A stretch of DNA of 49,694 bases from a virus (Duplodnaviria > Caudoviricetes), in the IMG/VR virus record IMGVR_UViG_3300028274_000012, positions 1-49,694 of that record. The stretch is one strand, 5' to 3'. The notes beneath the pieces were generated by a model. That model made no database searches and was not told the origin of the DNA. It saw only the letters and a program-made list of their open reading frames with translations. Shown here piece after piece: positions 29,377 through 37,936 of this stretch; the stretch's first letter is position 1, and every line of letters begins with the position of its first letter. The translations under genes and the position numbers were made by a program.

Positions 29377-29395
29377 GGTCAAAGTTTGACCTTTC
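29377..29395 (-). repeat. polar palindrome copy 4 (convergence point)
   Basis: Minus strand reads GAAAGGTCAAACTTTGACC. Confidence 0.85.
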
Positions 29396-29422
29396 TTGGT
29401 GGATTTAGAAGGGTCAGCTTTT
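29387..29422 (+). terminator. putative intrinsic terminator of the late operon
   Basis: TGACCTTTCT/AGAAGGGTCA stem followed by GCTTTT, between convergent genes. Confidence 0.5.
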
Positions 29423-29711
29423 ACCACAAATCCTCACTATATAATTGTGTATGTGCTTGCTGATTAATTAATAAACTATTAGCTTTTGCATACGCAAGAG
29501 CTTCTAATCTGTTTAAAAATGTTCCATCATTTAAGTAAAATCCTGAATTAGATAATTTTTGGTGAATTGGTAGATCTAATTTAAGTGTATAGTAAGCATA
29601 ATAAATTACATCACTATGTCGATTAGGCTTTGGTAAACAAATATAAAGATCATTAAATTTTACTACCACGCCTATAATTTCTTTGTTCATTTTCTTTTCC
29701 TTTAAATTCAT
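29421..29711 (-). CDS. conserved phage hypothetical protein
   Basis: RH...GF....G.FL.R.EA...A......LYSEDLW pattern recalled from small phage proteins. The start may be the second Met (29690). Confidence 0.7.
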   Translation of the reverse strand: MNLKEKKMNKEIIGVVVKFNDLYICLPKPNRHSDVIYYAYYTLKLDLPIHQKLSNSGFYLNDGTFLNRLEALAYAKANSLLINQQAHTQLYSEDLW

Positions 29712-30932
29712 TTATCCCCTCCAGCAATACCAAACCCCTGGTTCAGAGTTAGGTCCTTTATACTCCCTGGAAATTTTACCAGTCTTAATAACCGTCTCAA
29801 TCACATTAGCGAATTTTGTAGCATCTATATCTCTCCAGATAATTGACATTAGATTATTTTCAGAAACCCATCCTGCCTTCTGGACTATTTGAAAAACCGT
29901 ATCTATTTCTGATGTGATTTCAGACTTGCCGATAGCTTTAAAAGCGTTTCCCATTACACCTTCTACTTGTTTTATAGCTTCGATAGCTTCCTTTACATGA
30001 TGCCACTCGATTGTAAGCTTTTGTGAAGTTGCGGCAGCTCTGATTATTGAAAGCTTTATTATATATGTAGGTTTTCTTGAATACCAACCTGAAAAAGACT
30101 TATCAGTACATATTCTTTCGCCTCCCTCGTCTTCATCATAGTTGTTGTACCAATTTACCCAGTTTAGTTTACATTCTTTAGACATCTGGTATTCACCGGA
30201 TATAAGGGAAATTTGATAAAGATCAGCTTCTAGAAGTTTTTGAAGCTTTTTTTCCTTTTCTGTCATTTCTGGAATAGCTTCCCGACGTTTCTTCTTTTCT
30301 GCCCAGATAAATAACACACGGGAAGTGAGGCCTCCACCAATTGCAGATGCGGGGAGAGAGTTCGCTAGGGAGTCGGGAGTGGTTGCTGCGAGAAGATTAA
30401 TCCAAGGTCTGACTATTACGTTAGAAGTACCGTGCCTGGTACGGCTTGACCAATCAGCCGGACAGTCAAAAAGATCTGTAAGTGCTGTAAGCATTCGGGT
30501 ATTTTCTTTTTTCTGTCCAAGAAATGATTCGAATTCTTTGGAGATTATATTCAGCGAAGAATGTCGGTAAATCCCAGCATTTGTTTTAAATTTATTATCT
30601 GGGTCGAGTTCGTCTATTGCGGAGTTTTCTATGTCATCTGTCATAGCTTCTTTTGTAGATGAATCTGCACAGGTTCGTATCTCGGGGATGGTGTCAAGGA
30701 AATTTATTCCAAATTTAATCGCCTGAGTTTTGCGAGCAATCCCGGGGTCTGCTACAAGTACAAGGTAGAGATTTGGGTAGTATGTTAGCCTGCCGAGTTG
30801 TAATTTAGCCTTTCGGCGAAGTGCTGCAGCTATTACAGAATATCCAACCCAGGTGTCAAAGATAGTAGCAGGTTCAGTGTTTTCTTGTAACTTTACATAT
30901 GAATCAAGCCAGTTTGGTAAGTTTCTAGGCAT
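29712..30932 (-). CDS. DUF3987/YfjI-like P-loop NTPase, probable replicative helicase
   Basis: YPNLY.VLVADPG.ARKT (degenerate Walker A), EFESF, LTDLFD, NLLAATTP, GGLTSR. Confidence 0.75.
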   Translation of the reverse strand: MPRNLPNWLDSYVKLQENTEPATIFDTWVGYSVIAAALRRKAKLQLGRLTYYPNLYLVLVADPGIARKTQAIKFGINFLDTIPEIRTCADSSTKEAMTDDIENSAIDELDPDNKFKTNAGIYRHSSLNIISKEFESFLGQKKENTRMLTALTDLFDCPADWSSRTRHGTSNVIVRPWINLLAATTPDSLANSLPASAIGGGLTSRVLFIWAEKKKRREAIPEMTEKEKKLQKLLEADLYQISLISGEYQMSKECKLNWVNWYNNYDEDEGGERICTDKSFSGWYSRKPTYIIKLSIIRAAATSQKLTIEWHHVKEAIEAIKQVEGVMGNAFKAIGKSEITSEIDTVFQIVQKAGWVSENNLMSIIWRDIDATKFANVIETVIKTGKISREYKGPNSEPGVWYCWRG

Positions 30933-30949
30933 TTTTAGAATATTCCTTT

Positions 30950-31180
30950 TTAGGATAATAGTTCTTTTGCTGATATTCTTCTGATTTTCTTTTTGGCTGC
31001 TGTGATGTTTTTGATGTATGTTTTAGTATCTACTGATTTTCCACTAGGAGATAAAATAATCAACCCATCTTTTAATTTTCTTTTTATAGCGATATGAGTT
31101 GGACCATAATAATCCTTAGCACATTCAAATGCAGCAAGTAGTCCACCTTTAGTAGTAACTGTTATTTTTTGAGCTTTCAT
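30950..31180 (-). CDS. hypothetical protein
   Basis: AAGGAG SD; operon packing. Confidence 0.65.
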   Translation of the reverse strand: MKAQKITVTTKGGLLAAFECAKDYYGPTHIAIKRKLKDGLIILSPSGKSVDTKTYIKNITAAKKKIRRISAKELLS

Positions 31181-31191
31181 TTTAATTCTCC

Positions 31192-31569
31192 TTAAAATAT
31201 AGTAGTTAAAGCTTTTCGTAAGTTCTCAGCACCTTTTGTACCTTTTATACTCTTTTTACCCTGTAGTACACAGAGTCTTCCGGTGAGCTTCACTAGTTTA
31301 TCAATAGTGTTATCAAGCCGGAAATCAACTGTACCTTCGATTGAATCAAGTGGAGAAAAGTCAAGCAGCACGGGAAGTACCACTACGACATATGTACTGA
31401 CAAGGATTTGCAGTCCACCTTTAATGTGGAATATTTTTATTCTATTCACTCGGTCTTTTTGTATAATGAATAGCTTGTTTTGTTTATTGGTGAGGGATTT
31501 ATAAAGGTCTTTTATAGTTTGATCCCGCTCCGGGATTGTATTCACTGAGATTAGTACAGTGTTATTCAC
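31192..31569 (-). CDS. hypothetical protein
   Basis: GTG start overlapping the upstream stop. Confidence 0.6.
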   Translation of the reverse strand: MNNTVLISVNTIPERDQTIKDLYKSLTNKQNKLFIIQKDRVNRIKIFHIKGGLQILVSTYVVVVLPVLLDFSPLDSIEGTVDFRLDNTIDKLVKLTGRLCVLQGKKSIKGTKGAENLRKALTTIF

Positions 31570-31798
31570 TTTCTTTTTTCCTCCATTCTATTATTCCATA
31601 TATAGCAAGTCCGGTATAAATAGTAAACAAAATACCTTGCATTGGAATCCCTTTGTAAAAATCAATCACAGCCCATGATGCATTTGTAAAGAACCATATG
31701 TAAAAACAAGCTATCTTCTTTTTTATGTTCAAGACTACGCCAGTCAGGGCCAGGATAGTTAAGGCTGCGGTGAATATTGTAAATGTATTTTGGTTCAT
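31562..31798 (-). CDS. small 3-TM membrane protein, PnuC-like half
   Basis: G..LN..K....F.IW...N..W...........Q..LF..Y...AIYG...W pattern. Confidence 0.6.
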   Translation of the reverse strand: MNQNTFTIFTAALTILALTGVVLNIKKKIACFYIWFFTNASWAVIDFYKGIPMQGILFTIYTGLAIYGIIEWRKKESE

Positions 31799-31986
31799 AG
31801 TTTGCTTACCTTGTTATAGTTTTTATACATATACGACTAATAATTGTTGTTGAATTTACCCGCAAAAAACCGGGCTAACTCCGGGCGGATCAAATACGGG
31901 GCGTTTGTTGGGGTCAAAATGGACGTTTTAAAAATTATTGATACCCGTATACCAACCAACCGAAAACCCCCCGTTAAAACGAATAT

Positions 31987-34392
31987 TTACACAAATCCAT
32001 TTTTCAGCTCTTCACTTCGCCAGCTTATATCCAATTCCTCGCCTTCTGCCCAGGAAGTCTTCACTTTGAAATCTACATCTACTATGAATTCTTCACCATA
32101 ATAGGTGAGTGGGTTTAACATCAGCTTTCGTAAATGCCTTACAGTATGATCTATATTTTCATCTTTTATCATTACATAAATAGCATCGTGGAGTTGGAGT
32201 AAGATTTCCATTTCATATGGCAGGGATGAAAGACTATCGTATACTTTTTTTAAGGCTACATTTAGTAGGTCCCCGATAGTTGACTGGGGTATGTATGAAT
32301 AAGCTGAACGAAAAAGTCCATCTCCCCAGCGATCCAAGAACCGGTGTTTTCTACCAAGAAGATTTGTTAAAGTTCTAGATCTTTTTAGATCATTCTGGAT
32401 AGAAGTATGCCATATGCGAAGCGTTGGATTTGCTCTATGGTAAAGCTCCATGTATACTTTAGCTTCGGAAAGTTTTATACCAAGTCGATTAGCTAGGACT
32501 GTCGGGCCAGCAGAATAAGAATTCGCATGCCTGACGGTTTTACCAATAGTTCTGATTTCTTTTGTTACCAGGGAGAAGTCAATTCCAAGCATGTCGGCGA
32601 TAGTCATTTTGTGAATGTCGTAGCCGAGGGCAGTTTTTTCACTATTAGAAAGACCGAAAGAATCTTTAAACATTTTCTTAAGTTTATGATCTCCAGTAAG
32701 GTGTGCAACTATTACTGCTTCAGCCTGGGCATAATCAGCTTCTATAATTTTCCACCCTTTTCTGGCCTTGTACATTTTCCTAGCCTCCGGTGGTATGTTC
32801 TGAAGGTTTCCACTTCCAAAGGGTAGGATTATAGATCCCGAAGAACTCCATCTACCGAAGCTACGTTTGGTTTTTTTAGTATCTTCCTCATCATCAGATG
32901 CTGCTCCGGTGATATTGTAACTGGTGTGTACGGTGTCGTTTTCAGATAGCTTTACATCAAGAAACTTAAGTAAAGTATTAGCTTTTTTATAATCTAAGAA
33001 TAAGTTAAAAATAGGGTTATCTGGTACAAGCCTGGATAATTTTCTGATAGCCGCAGCGTCAACAGTTTTAGTTCGCTTTTGGTTCTTGGACTTTCTTCTC
33101 TTCCACTGTATAGGGAGTTTAAGTTCATCGTATAAAAGTACTTGCATTTGTTGAGAAGAGTTGAAGTTTATCTCCCTGCCTACAATGGTGTTCAATTCAG
33201 AAAGCATCTTATCTCTTTTCTTTGTCCAGATTTCTATAAGCTTAGCTTGAATCTCCGTATCAACTTTTATACCCTGGAGCTGCATCATAAGAGCTACGGG
33301 GATTAAACTCATTTCGAACTCAAAGGTTGGGCGGACTTTTTGCTTATCGAGTTCTACATCAAGAACTTCGGCTATACCGAGTGTGTTAGCTGCGTCAGCC
33401 GGATTGTAATCTTGATCTTTTGCAGAACCGCCTTTCCAAGGCTTTACATCTAAGCATACCGAGCCGAGAAAGCCTAAGTCACGGGGAAGTTCCGGCCAGC
33501 ATACGTGGGCAGCTATCAGGGTATCCATGTAGAGATCTTTGCATAAAATATGCTGGTTGAACCAAAGTACCCCGGTGTCGTAAGCCCCGTTTTGCATTAC
33601 TAACTTTTTCATAGTTATTAATTTAGCAAAGGTTTGCCAGAGTAAAAGCTCATCTTTTTCCGGTAAAGCTGGAGCTCTGCCTTTGAGAAGAAATATAGAT
33701 ATACCAAAATCGGGATGGTGGCTAAGACCAAGTTCCTCAATATGAGAGCCGGGTTGGACAGTTTCTACATCTATGGCGAGCTTATCCCATTCCGGGTGCT
33801 CCATACACTCTTCCATATAGGTAATGAATCTTTGTAGACCTACGTTTGGAAGGAAAATGGATTTTGTTTCAGGAATCTCGGGGAATTTAGAATGAGTTAA
33901 AGCTTTGCGAAAATCTATTACTGTTTGAAAGTATAGTTTCCAATCATATGTGACTGACTGCGGGGAATAAATAGGAATTATTTTTAGACCTTTTACTAGC
34001 TTGCAAGGTAAAATATATCCACGGAAGATAGAGATTTTCTTCTCTCCAGTTAAAGCCCAGAGAGCGATGGGACCAAGAGCTATAATTATATTAGGTCTGT
34101 ATAATTCTAAATCCGCTTTTAATTCATCTACCCAGTACTGGAGTTTAGGCTTAGGTATGGTGCATTTTTTATCCTCGAAGAAGTAAGAGATTCTTCCGGC
34201 GGGAGGGTATTCTTTAGCTACGTTTGTTAAAAGGCATTTGTATCTGGCAATTTCAGCCTGTGTAAGTAAGTTATCAAGGGTTCGCCCCGGTGTTCCTGAA
34301 AACGGTAATCCTGTTTTAGAATCTTCTTCACTTGGGGCATCTCCGACAAGCATGATTTGAGCATCAGCGGGGCCTATGAGGTTTACTTGCAT
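31987..34392 (-). CDS. polA: family A DNA polymerase with N-terminal uracil-DNA-glycosylase-like domain and 3'-5' exonuclease
   Basis: UDG-like IMLVGDAP..E....G.PFSG.PG; Exo I AIDVET, Exo II QNGAYD, Exo III YN.ADA; GRWSSS, NLQNIP, motif A ADYAQAE, motif B RTIGKTVRHANSY, motif C LQLHDA. Confidence 0.93.
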   Translation of the reverse strand: MQVNLIGPADAQIMLVGDAPSEEDSKTGLPFSGTPGRTLDNLLTQAEIARYKCLLTNVAKEYPPAGRISYFFEDKKCTIPKPKLQYWVDELKADLELYRPNIIIALGPIALWALTGEKKISIFRGYILPCKLVKGLKIIPIYSPQSVTYDWKLYFQTVIDFRKALTHSKFPEIPETKSIFLPNVGLQRFITYMEECMEHPEWDKLAIDVETVQPGSHIEELGLSHHPDFGISIFLLKGRAPALPEKDELLLWQTFAKLITMKKLVMQNGAYDTGVLWFNQHILCKDLYMDTLIAAHVCWPELPRDLGFLGSVCLDVKPWKGGSAKDQDYNPADAANTLGIAEVLDVELDKQKVRPTFEFEMSLIPVALMMQLQGIKVDTEIQAKLIEIWTKKRDKMLSELNTIVGREINFNSSQQMQVLLYDELKLPIQWKRRKSKNQKRTKTVDAAAIRKLSRLVPDNPIFNLFLDYKKANTLLKFLDVKLSENDTVHTSYNITGAASDDEEDTKKTKRSFGRWSSSGSIILPFGSGNLQNIPPEARKMYKARKGWKIIEADYAQAEAVIVAHLTGDHKLKKMFKDSFGLSNSEKTALGYDIHKMTIADMLGIDFSLVTKEIRTIGKTVRHANSYSAGPTVLANRLGIKLSEAKVYMELYHRANPTLRIWHTSIQNDLKRSRTLTNLLGRKHRFLDRWGDGLFRSAYSYIPQSTIGDLLNVALKKVYDSLSSLPYEMEILLQLHDAIYVMIKDENIDHTVRHLRKLMLNPLTYYGEEFIVDVDFKVKTSWAEGEELDISWRSEELKNGFV

Positions 34393-34418
34393 TTTTTCTC
34401 CTTTTGTTTAAGGATTAT

Positions 34419-34437
34419 GGTCAAAGTTTGACCTTTC
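34419..34437 (-). repeat. polar palindrome copy 5 (upstream of polA)
   Basis: Minus strand reads GAAAGGTCAAACTTTGACC. Confidence 0.85.
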
Positions 34438-34647
34438 TTAATCTTGTTTCTTTTTTTCTCCTGCTTCCATAACCGAAGCTACAGTTAATATCGCACTACC
34501 GATTATACAGTCTACTAATCTATCAACTCCTTGAAGACCGGTTTTTTGACTAAGTTTTAATATTTGACAAAATATACTATTTAATAATACTTTTGCTTCT
34601 TTTGCAAGATCATCAGCTTGCTTTTGTAGGTCAGTGTTTTTATTCAT
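34438..34647 (-). CDS. hypothetical protein
   Basis: ATGA overlap with the upstream gene. Confidence 0.65.
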   Translation of the reverse strand: MNKNTDLQKQADDLAKEAKVLLNSIFCQILKLSQKTGLQGVDRLVDCIIGSAILTVASVMEAGEKKKQD

Positions 34648-34913
34648 CTTTCTTCTCCGTGTTTAAAGCCGTGTATAAATGCGGTTATATAGTGATGTTT
34701 ACAGGTTATGTAATCCTTTGAACCCTTTTCCATTCCAGTGTGAGCTTCAATGGTGGAGTATATAAAATCCCAGTGTTCTGCAGCAAGTTTTTCAGGCTTT
34801 GATAAGCGTTTTACTTTCTTTACTTGTTTTCCACACTTTATACAAGCCCCGGTTTTAGTTGTTTTTATTGCTTCTTTAGACACAGTGTTTGAACAATTAT
34901 CGCAGTAAGGCAT
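34644..34913 (-). CDS. hypothetical protein with CxxC...CxxC zinc ribbon
   Basis: CDNC...CIKC; AAGGAG SD. Confidence 0.7.
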   Translation of the reverse strand: MPYCDNCSNTVSKEAIKTTKTGACIKCGKQVKKVKRLSKPEKLAAEHWDFIYSTIEAHTGMEKGSKDYITCKHHYITAFIHGFKHGEER

Positions 34914-34926
34914 TTTATTTTCTCCT

Positions 34927-35247
34927 TTATGGCTTATAAATCCTTGGTTTAGGTATCACTATTAAGCTTTCATCCACCTTCTCTTCAAAACAAAAATCAT
35001 TTATCCAAGGTGGAATTACGGCTACTTCATCTGAATGTTTATCGGGTTTACGAAGTAGGCATCCTCGAAGATCAGTGATTTCACGTTTTATTTCTTTGTT
35101 GGATTTTCCAGTTTTAAACCTAACCACACGCTCCTCTGATATAGCCATATTTATAGCTTGTTGTGTCTGCCAAATCTGATCGTATTTAGGTTTCTTTACT
35201 TCATTAGATACGACTTTTTGACTCATGGTTATTTTGGGTTTAGGCAT
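34927..35247 (-). CDS. hypothetical protein
   Basis: GGAG SD; operon packing. Confidence 0.65.
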   Translation of the reverse strand: MPKPKITMSQKVVSNEVKKPKYDQIWQTQQAINMAISEERVVRFKTGKSNKEIKREITDLRGCLLRKPDKHSDEVAVIPPWINDFCFEEKVDESLIVIPKPRIYKP

Positions 35248-35313
35248 TTTAAATCTCCAATAAATCTATTGTTTGTATTACGGAAGAAAGTATAATTTTA
35301 CTTCGCTCTTCCA

Positions 35314-35631
35314 TCATTTTTCCTCTCCTTTTAAATATGTTTTTATTGTTTCTGCGTGACACTGTTTTGGGCTGCACCAACAAAAAAGATTAAGTTTATT
35401 ATATAATTTATACAGTTCTTTAAGCCTATCAAGTTCATCATGAAAGCGTTTATTTTCTGCTGAATAAGATTTAACTCTAACTTTAAAATACTTATCATAA
35501 TTACTACAGGCACTTTCTCTATCTCTTTTTGCATTTAAAATAAAAGGATTTCCTAGTGTGGAAGAACGATCTACTTTTACGTCCCAGGGATTTTTTAACT
35601 TCTCGTACCTTAAATTTTTAATTTTAATCAT
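35314..35631 (-). CDS. DUF4326-like protein
   Basis: VDR.S.LGNPF and L.CWCSP..CHA..I. Start ATG 35631 overlaps the methyltransferase stop. Confidence 0.78.
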   Translation of the reverse strand: MIKIKNLRYEKLKNPWDVKVDRSSTLGNPFILNAKRDRESACSNYDKYFKVRVKSYSAENKRFHDELDRLKELYKLYNKLNLFCWCSPKQCHAETIKTYLKGEEK

Positions 35632-36940
35632 TTTCCTCTCCTTCTTTCCATTTATTAAGTCTTGCGAGTGCTGTAGCAAAAGATTCAATACCTTTTTCAC
35701 AGCCTGTAGCTATAAGTTTCATTTCACAAGCAGCCTGGATAATAGCTCCGGAACCAGCAAAGGGATCATAGAGGGTATCTCCCGGCAAAGCTACTCTATT
35801 TATTAACTCTTTGCACAGTGTGACGGGTTTTTCAGCTTGGTGAGTTTTCTGTCCATGCGGGACTATATCACACTGAATCCAGTCTGGTTTACCTTGAAGT
35901 ATAACCTTTGAAGACGGTTTTCTAGCAAAGAGAATAGCTTCGTATGCAGAACTTGGCCAGCGATCTGGCTGGTTGTTTTGTCCAGAATTACCTTTTACCC
36001 AGACAATCGGCCATTTTAAGACATCCCATTTTGCCTTTAGCATAAGATCGTAAAGAAGGGCAAATATAAACCTATCCCGACCGCAGAATATATAAGCGTG
36101 TCCGGATTCCTTTGTGATACGGTACGATTCTTCTGCGAGCGTGGTTAGCAGCTTTGTAGCATATGCAAGATTATCTTCATATGTTATACCTGTGTTGGTG
36201 AGATTCCCGCCGGTTTTTCCTCCCGTGGTCATAGCATTTTTATCTATATCTATACCATAGGGAGGATCTGTAAACAAAAGATTAATAGAATTGGTTTTCA
36301 TACTTGGTAGGTGGGTTTCAGCAGGCATGTTTACTAAATTGAATCTTTTTTCATCCTTTAACTTAGTTTTAAAATCTGTTAAAGCGGTTATGTTTTGCTG
36401 GATTCTTTGTAAACCCTTGTATGACTTTTTAATCTCGGACTTGGTTTTACCCTGGGATAGATCTGGAAATTGTCTTAACATATCAGCCATCTGGATTGCT
36501 TCAATTACATTCCCTTTTGTTTTCCCGATAGCTTCTGCAGCATTTTCAAGCGTGTATCCGCCGGTTCTACCTTGAGTCGGTTTTCCATATTTCTTTTGTT
36601 TAAGCTGTACCAGGCTGTCTATGGCAAAGCACTCTTCTGCAGGGGTTAGAGCTTTCCGCTGGATGTTTTCTTCTAGCTCGAGTTCTTTTAAGGTAAGCGG
36701 GTCCATTTCATCAGAATAACATATTTTAGCTTGGAATCCACCGGCAAGGCAAGCAGCAAGTCGCCTTCCCCCGGCTATAAGTACCATGTCCCTGGTTACA
36801 ACTATTGGTTGAATTTGTCCGTAGGTTTGTATAGAGGCTATTAGTTTATTAATCTCCCCGATGTCTTTCCTTTGTCGGGGTTGAGCATCATCTATGATTA
36901 TAGTGGTTGGGTCTACTGTATGGAGCTTGTTGTCAAGCAT
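35624..36940 (-). CDS. ParB N-terminal domain fused to an amino (N6A/N4C) DNA methyltransferase
   Basis: QPIVV....LIAGGRRL.A and EEN.QR..L (ParB/Srx); DPPY, H.AEKP and DPFAGSG (beta-class order). Confidence 0.88.
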   Translation of the reverse strand: MLDNKLHTVDPTTIIIDDAQPRQRKDIGEINKLIASIQTYGQIQPIVVTRDMVLIAGGRRLAACLAGGFQAKICYSDEMDPLTLKELELEENIQRKALTPAEECFAIDSLVQLKQKKYGKPTQGRTGGYTLENAAEAIGKTKGNVIEAIQMADMLRQFPDLSQGKTKSEIKKSYKGLQRIQQNITALTDFKTKLKDEKRFNLVNMPAETHLPSMKTNSINLLFTDPPYGIDIDKNAMTTGGKTGGNLTNTGITYEDNLAYATKLLTTLAEESYRITKESGHAYIFCGRDRFIFALLYDLMLKAKWDVLKWPIVWVKGNSGQNNQPDRWPSSAYEAILFARKPSSKVILQGKPDWIQCDIVPHGQKTHQAEKPVTLCKELINRVALPGDTLYDPFAGSGAIIQAACEMKLIATGCEKGIESFATALARLNKWKEGEEND

Positions 36941-37181
36941 CGTTATAATCTCCTTTTCTCATAGCAAATATGTCTTTTTTCTTTAGTCCCATTAAAGTCA
37001 TTAAAACTTTTTCTTCTTCTGTTAACGGGGGATTTTTAGTTTTCGAAACCTTTTTAGGTTTAGGCCAGGTAGGAGTCTTTTCCATATCAATAGCCCGCTT
37101 TAAGCGGTATTCGGATACATACGCCGCTTGAGCTTCAGGAGAAGACTCCCCGAAATTTGTATATAAATTTTCTAGTTGCAT
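36933..37181 (-). CDS. hypothetical protein
   Basis: AAGGAGG SD. Confidence 0.7.
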   Translation of the reverse strand: MQLENLYTNFGESSPEAQAAYVSEYRLKRAIDMEKTPTWPKPKKVSKTKNPPLTEEEKVLMTLMGLKKKDIFAMRKGDYNDA

Positions 37182-37314
37182 TTTCCTCCTTTAAAGATTA
37201 CCCAGAGAAACCGGGGTTATTTAATTAGTTTTCTATGCGCTGACATAATAGCTAATTTCAATGATTCTCTTTTGGGCTTCTCTGGGTAAAAAGTTTTTTG
37301 TGTGGAGAGTGAAC

Positions 37315-37353
37315 TCACCTTCCTCTGCTTTTATTTCGGTCAGTCTTGTTCAT
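37315..37353 (-). CDS. 12-aa micro-ORF MNKTDRNKSRGR (element copy A)
   Basis: AAGGAG SD 8 nt upstream of ATG; 21 bp shared with copy B. Confidence 0.4.
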   Translation of the reverse strand: MNKTDRNKSRGR

Positions 37354-37371
37354 GGTAATTTCTCCTTTTAC

Positions 37372-37410
37372 GGTTAAGCGGCGTAGCCCGTCTTCAATAA
37401 TTTATTAGCC
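37372..37410 (-). mobile_element. truncated attC-like site (R' missing)
   Basis: GGCTAAT, 5-nt spacer, then ATT(G)AAG(A)CGG-loop-CCGCTTAA. Confidence 0.45.
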
Positions 37411-37422
37411 GTGCTTGCTGCG

Positions 37423-37476
37423 AGCTAATACGCATATCACCGGCGCGTAGCTGCCCGGTGTATTGGCTGATTATTT
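37423..37476 (-). mobile_element. attC-like site, AAT/ATT type
   Basis: AAATAAT (contains the upstream gene's TAA), CAGCC, AAT(A)CACCGG...CCGGTGATA, TGCGT, ATTAGCT. Confidence 0.6.
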
Positions 37477-37647
37477 TTCCTGCTCCTCTACTGAAACGCT
37501 GTCGAAGACGAATCGGTCATCATCATCAGGAATATCAACAGTGGTAAAAGTTGTTTTGGTTTTTATAGATGGCATTACCCCGGTTGATGTGTATTCGGTG
37601 TATGCCTCTGCCTTGTTCGTTCTGGTTATACGAATTACAATTTTCAT
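37471..37647 (-). CDS. cassette-like hypothetical protein
   Basis: GGAGG SD before ATG 37647; its stop codon lies in the R'' box of an attC-like site. Confidence 0.6.
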   Translation of the reverse strand: MKIVIRITRTNKAEAYTEYTSTGVMPSIKTKTTFTTVDIPDDDDRFVFDSVSVEEQEK

Positions 37648-37662
37648 CGAAGCCTCCAAGAA

Positions 37663-37791
37663 AAATAATGTCGGGGATCACCGATTTAAAGCCCTTCCAC
37701 ACTTTGAGCAGAAATCGAAACCCTTTTTTTGCCATTTCTTATGGTAGGAACGAGCGCAGGGCTTTAAACTCGTTGCATCTGAGTATTGGAC
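37663..37791 (-). mobile_element. long attC-like site, AAT/ATT type (129 bp)
   Basis: GTCCAAT, 5-nt spacer, GAT(G)CAACGA(G)TTTAAAGCCCT...AGGGCTTTAAATCGGTGATC, 6-nt spacer, ATTATTT. Confidence 0.65.
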
Positions 37792-37863
37792 GGCCCTTGG
37801 ATCAGGGCATCCACAGTCCCATAAGAAGGTATTATGTTTTTTGCACCACGGTTCATTATTCAT
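37678..37863 (-). CDS. Cys-rich hypothetical protein overlapping an attC-like site
   Basis: 61-aa ORF with C..H, CGC and C..C motifs. Confidence 0.45.
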   Translation of the reverse strand: MNNEPWCKKHNTFLWDCGCPDPRAVQYSDATSLKPCARSYHKKWQKKGFDFCSKCGRALNR

Positions 37864-37870
37864 TTAGTCC

Positions 37871-37936
37871 GTCCAATGTTAAAGTTGAGTGGTGCGGTAA
37901 TTTATCAACACTTTCCGCACCAAGGATTTGTTATGA
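37871..37936 (-). mobile_element. degenerate attC-like site
   Basis: TCATAAC...TGGTGCGG/CCGCACCA...ATTGGAC; the two arms are out of register. Confidence 0.35.
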
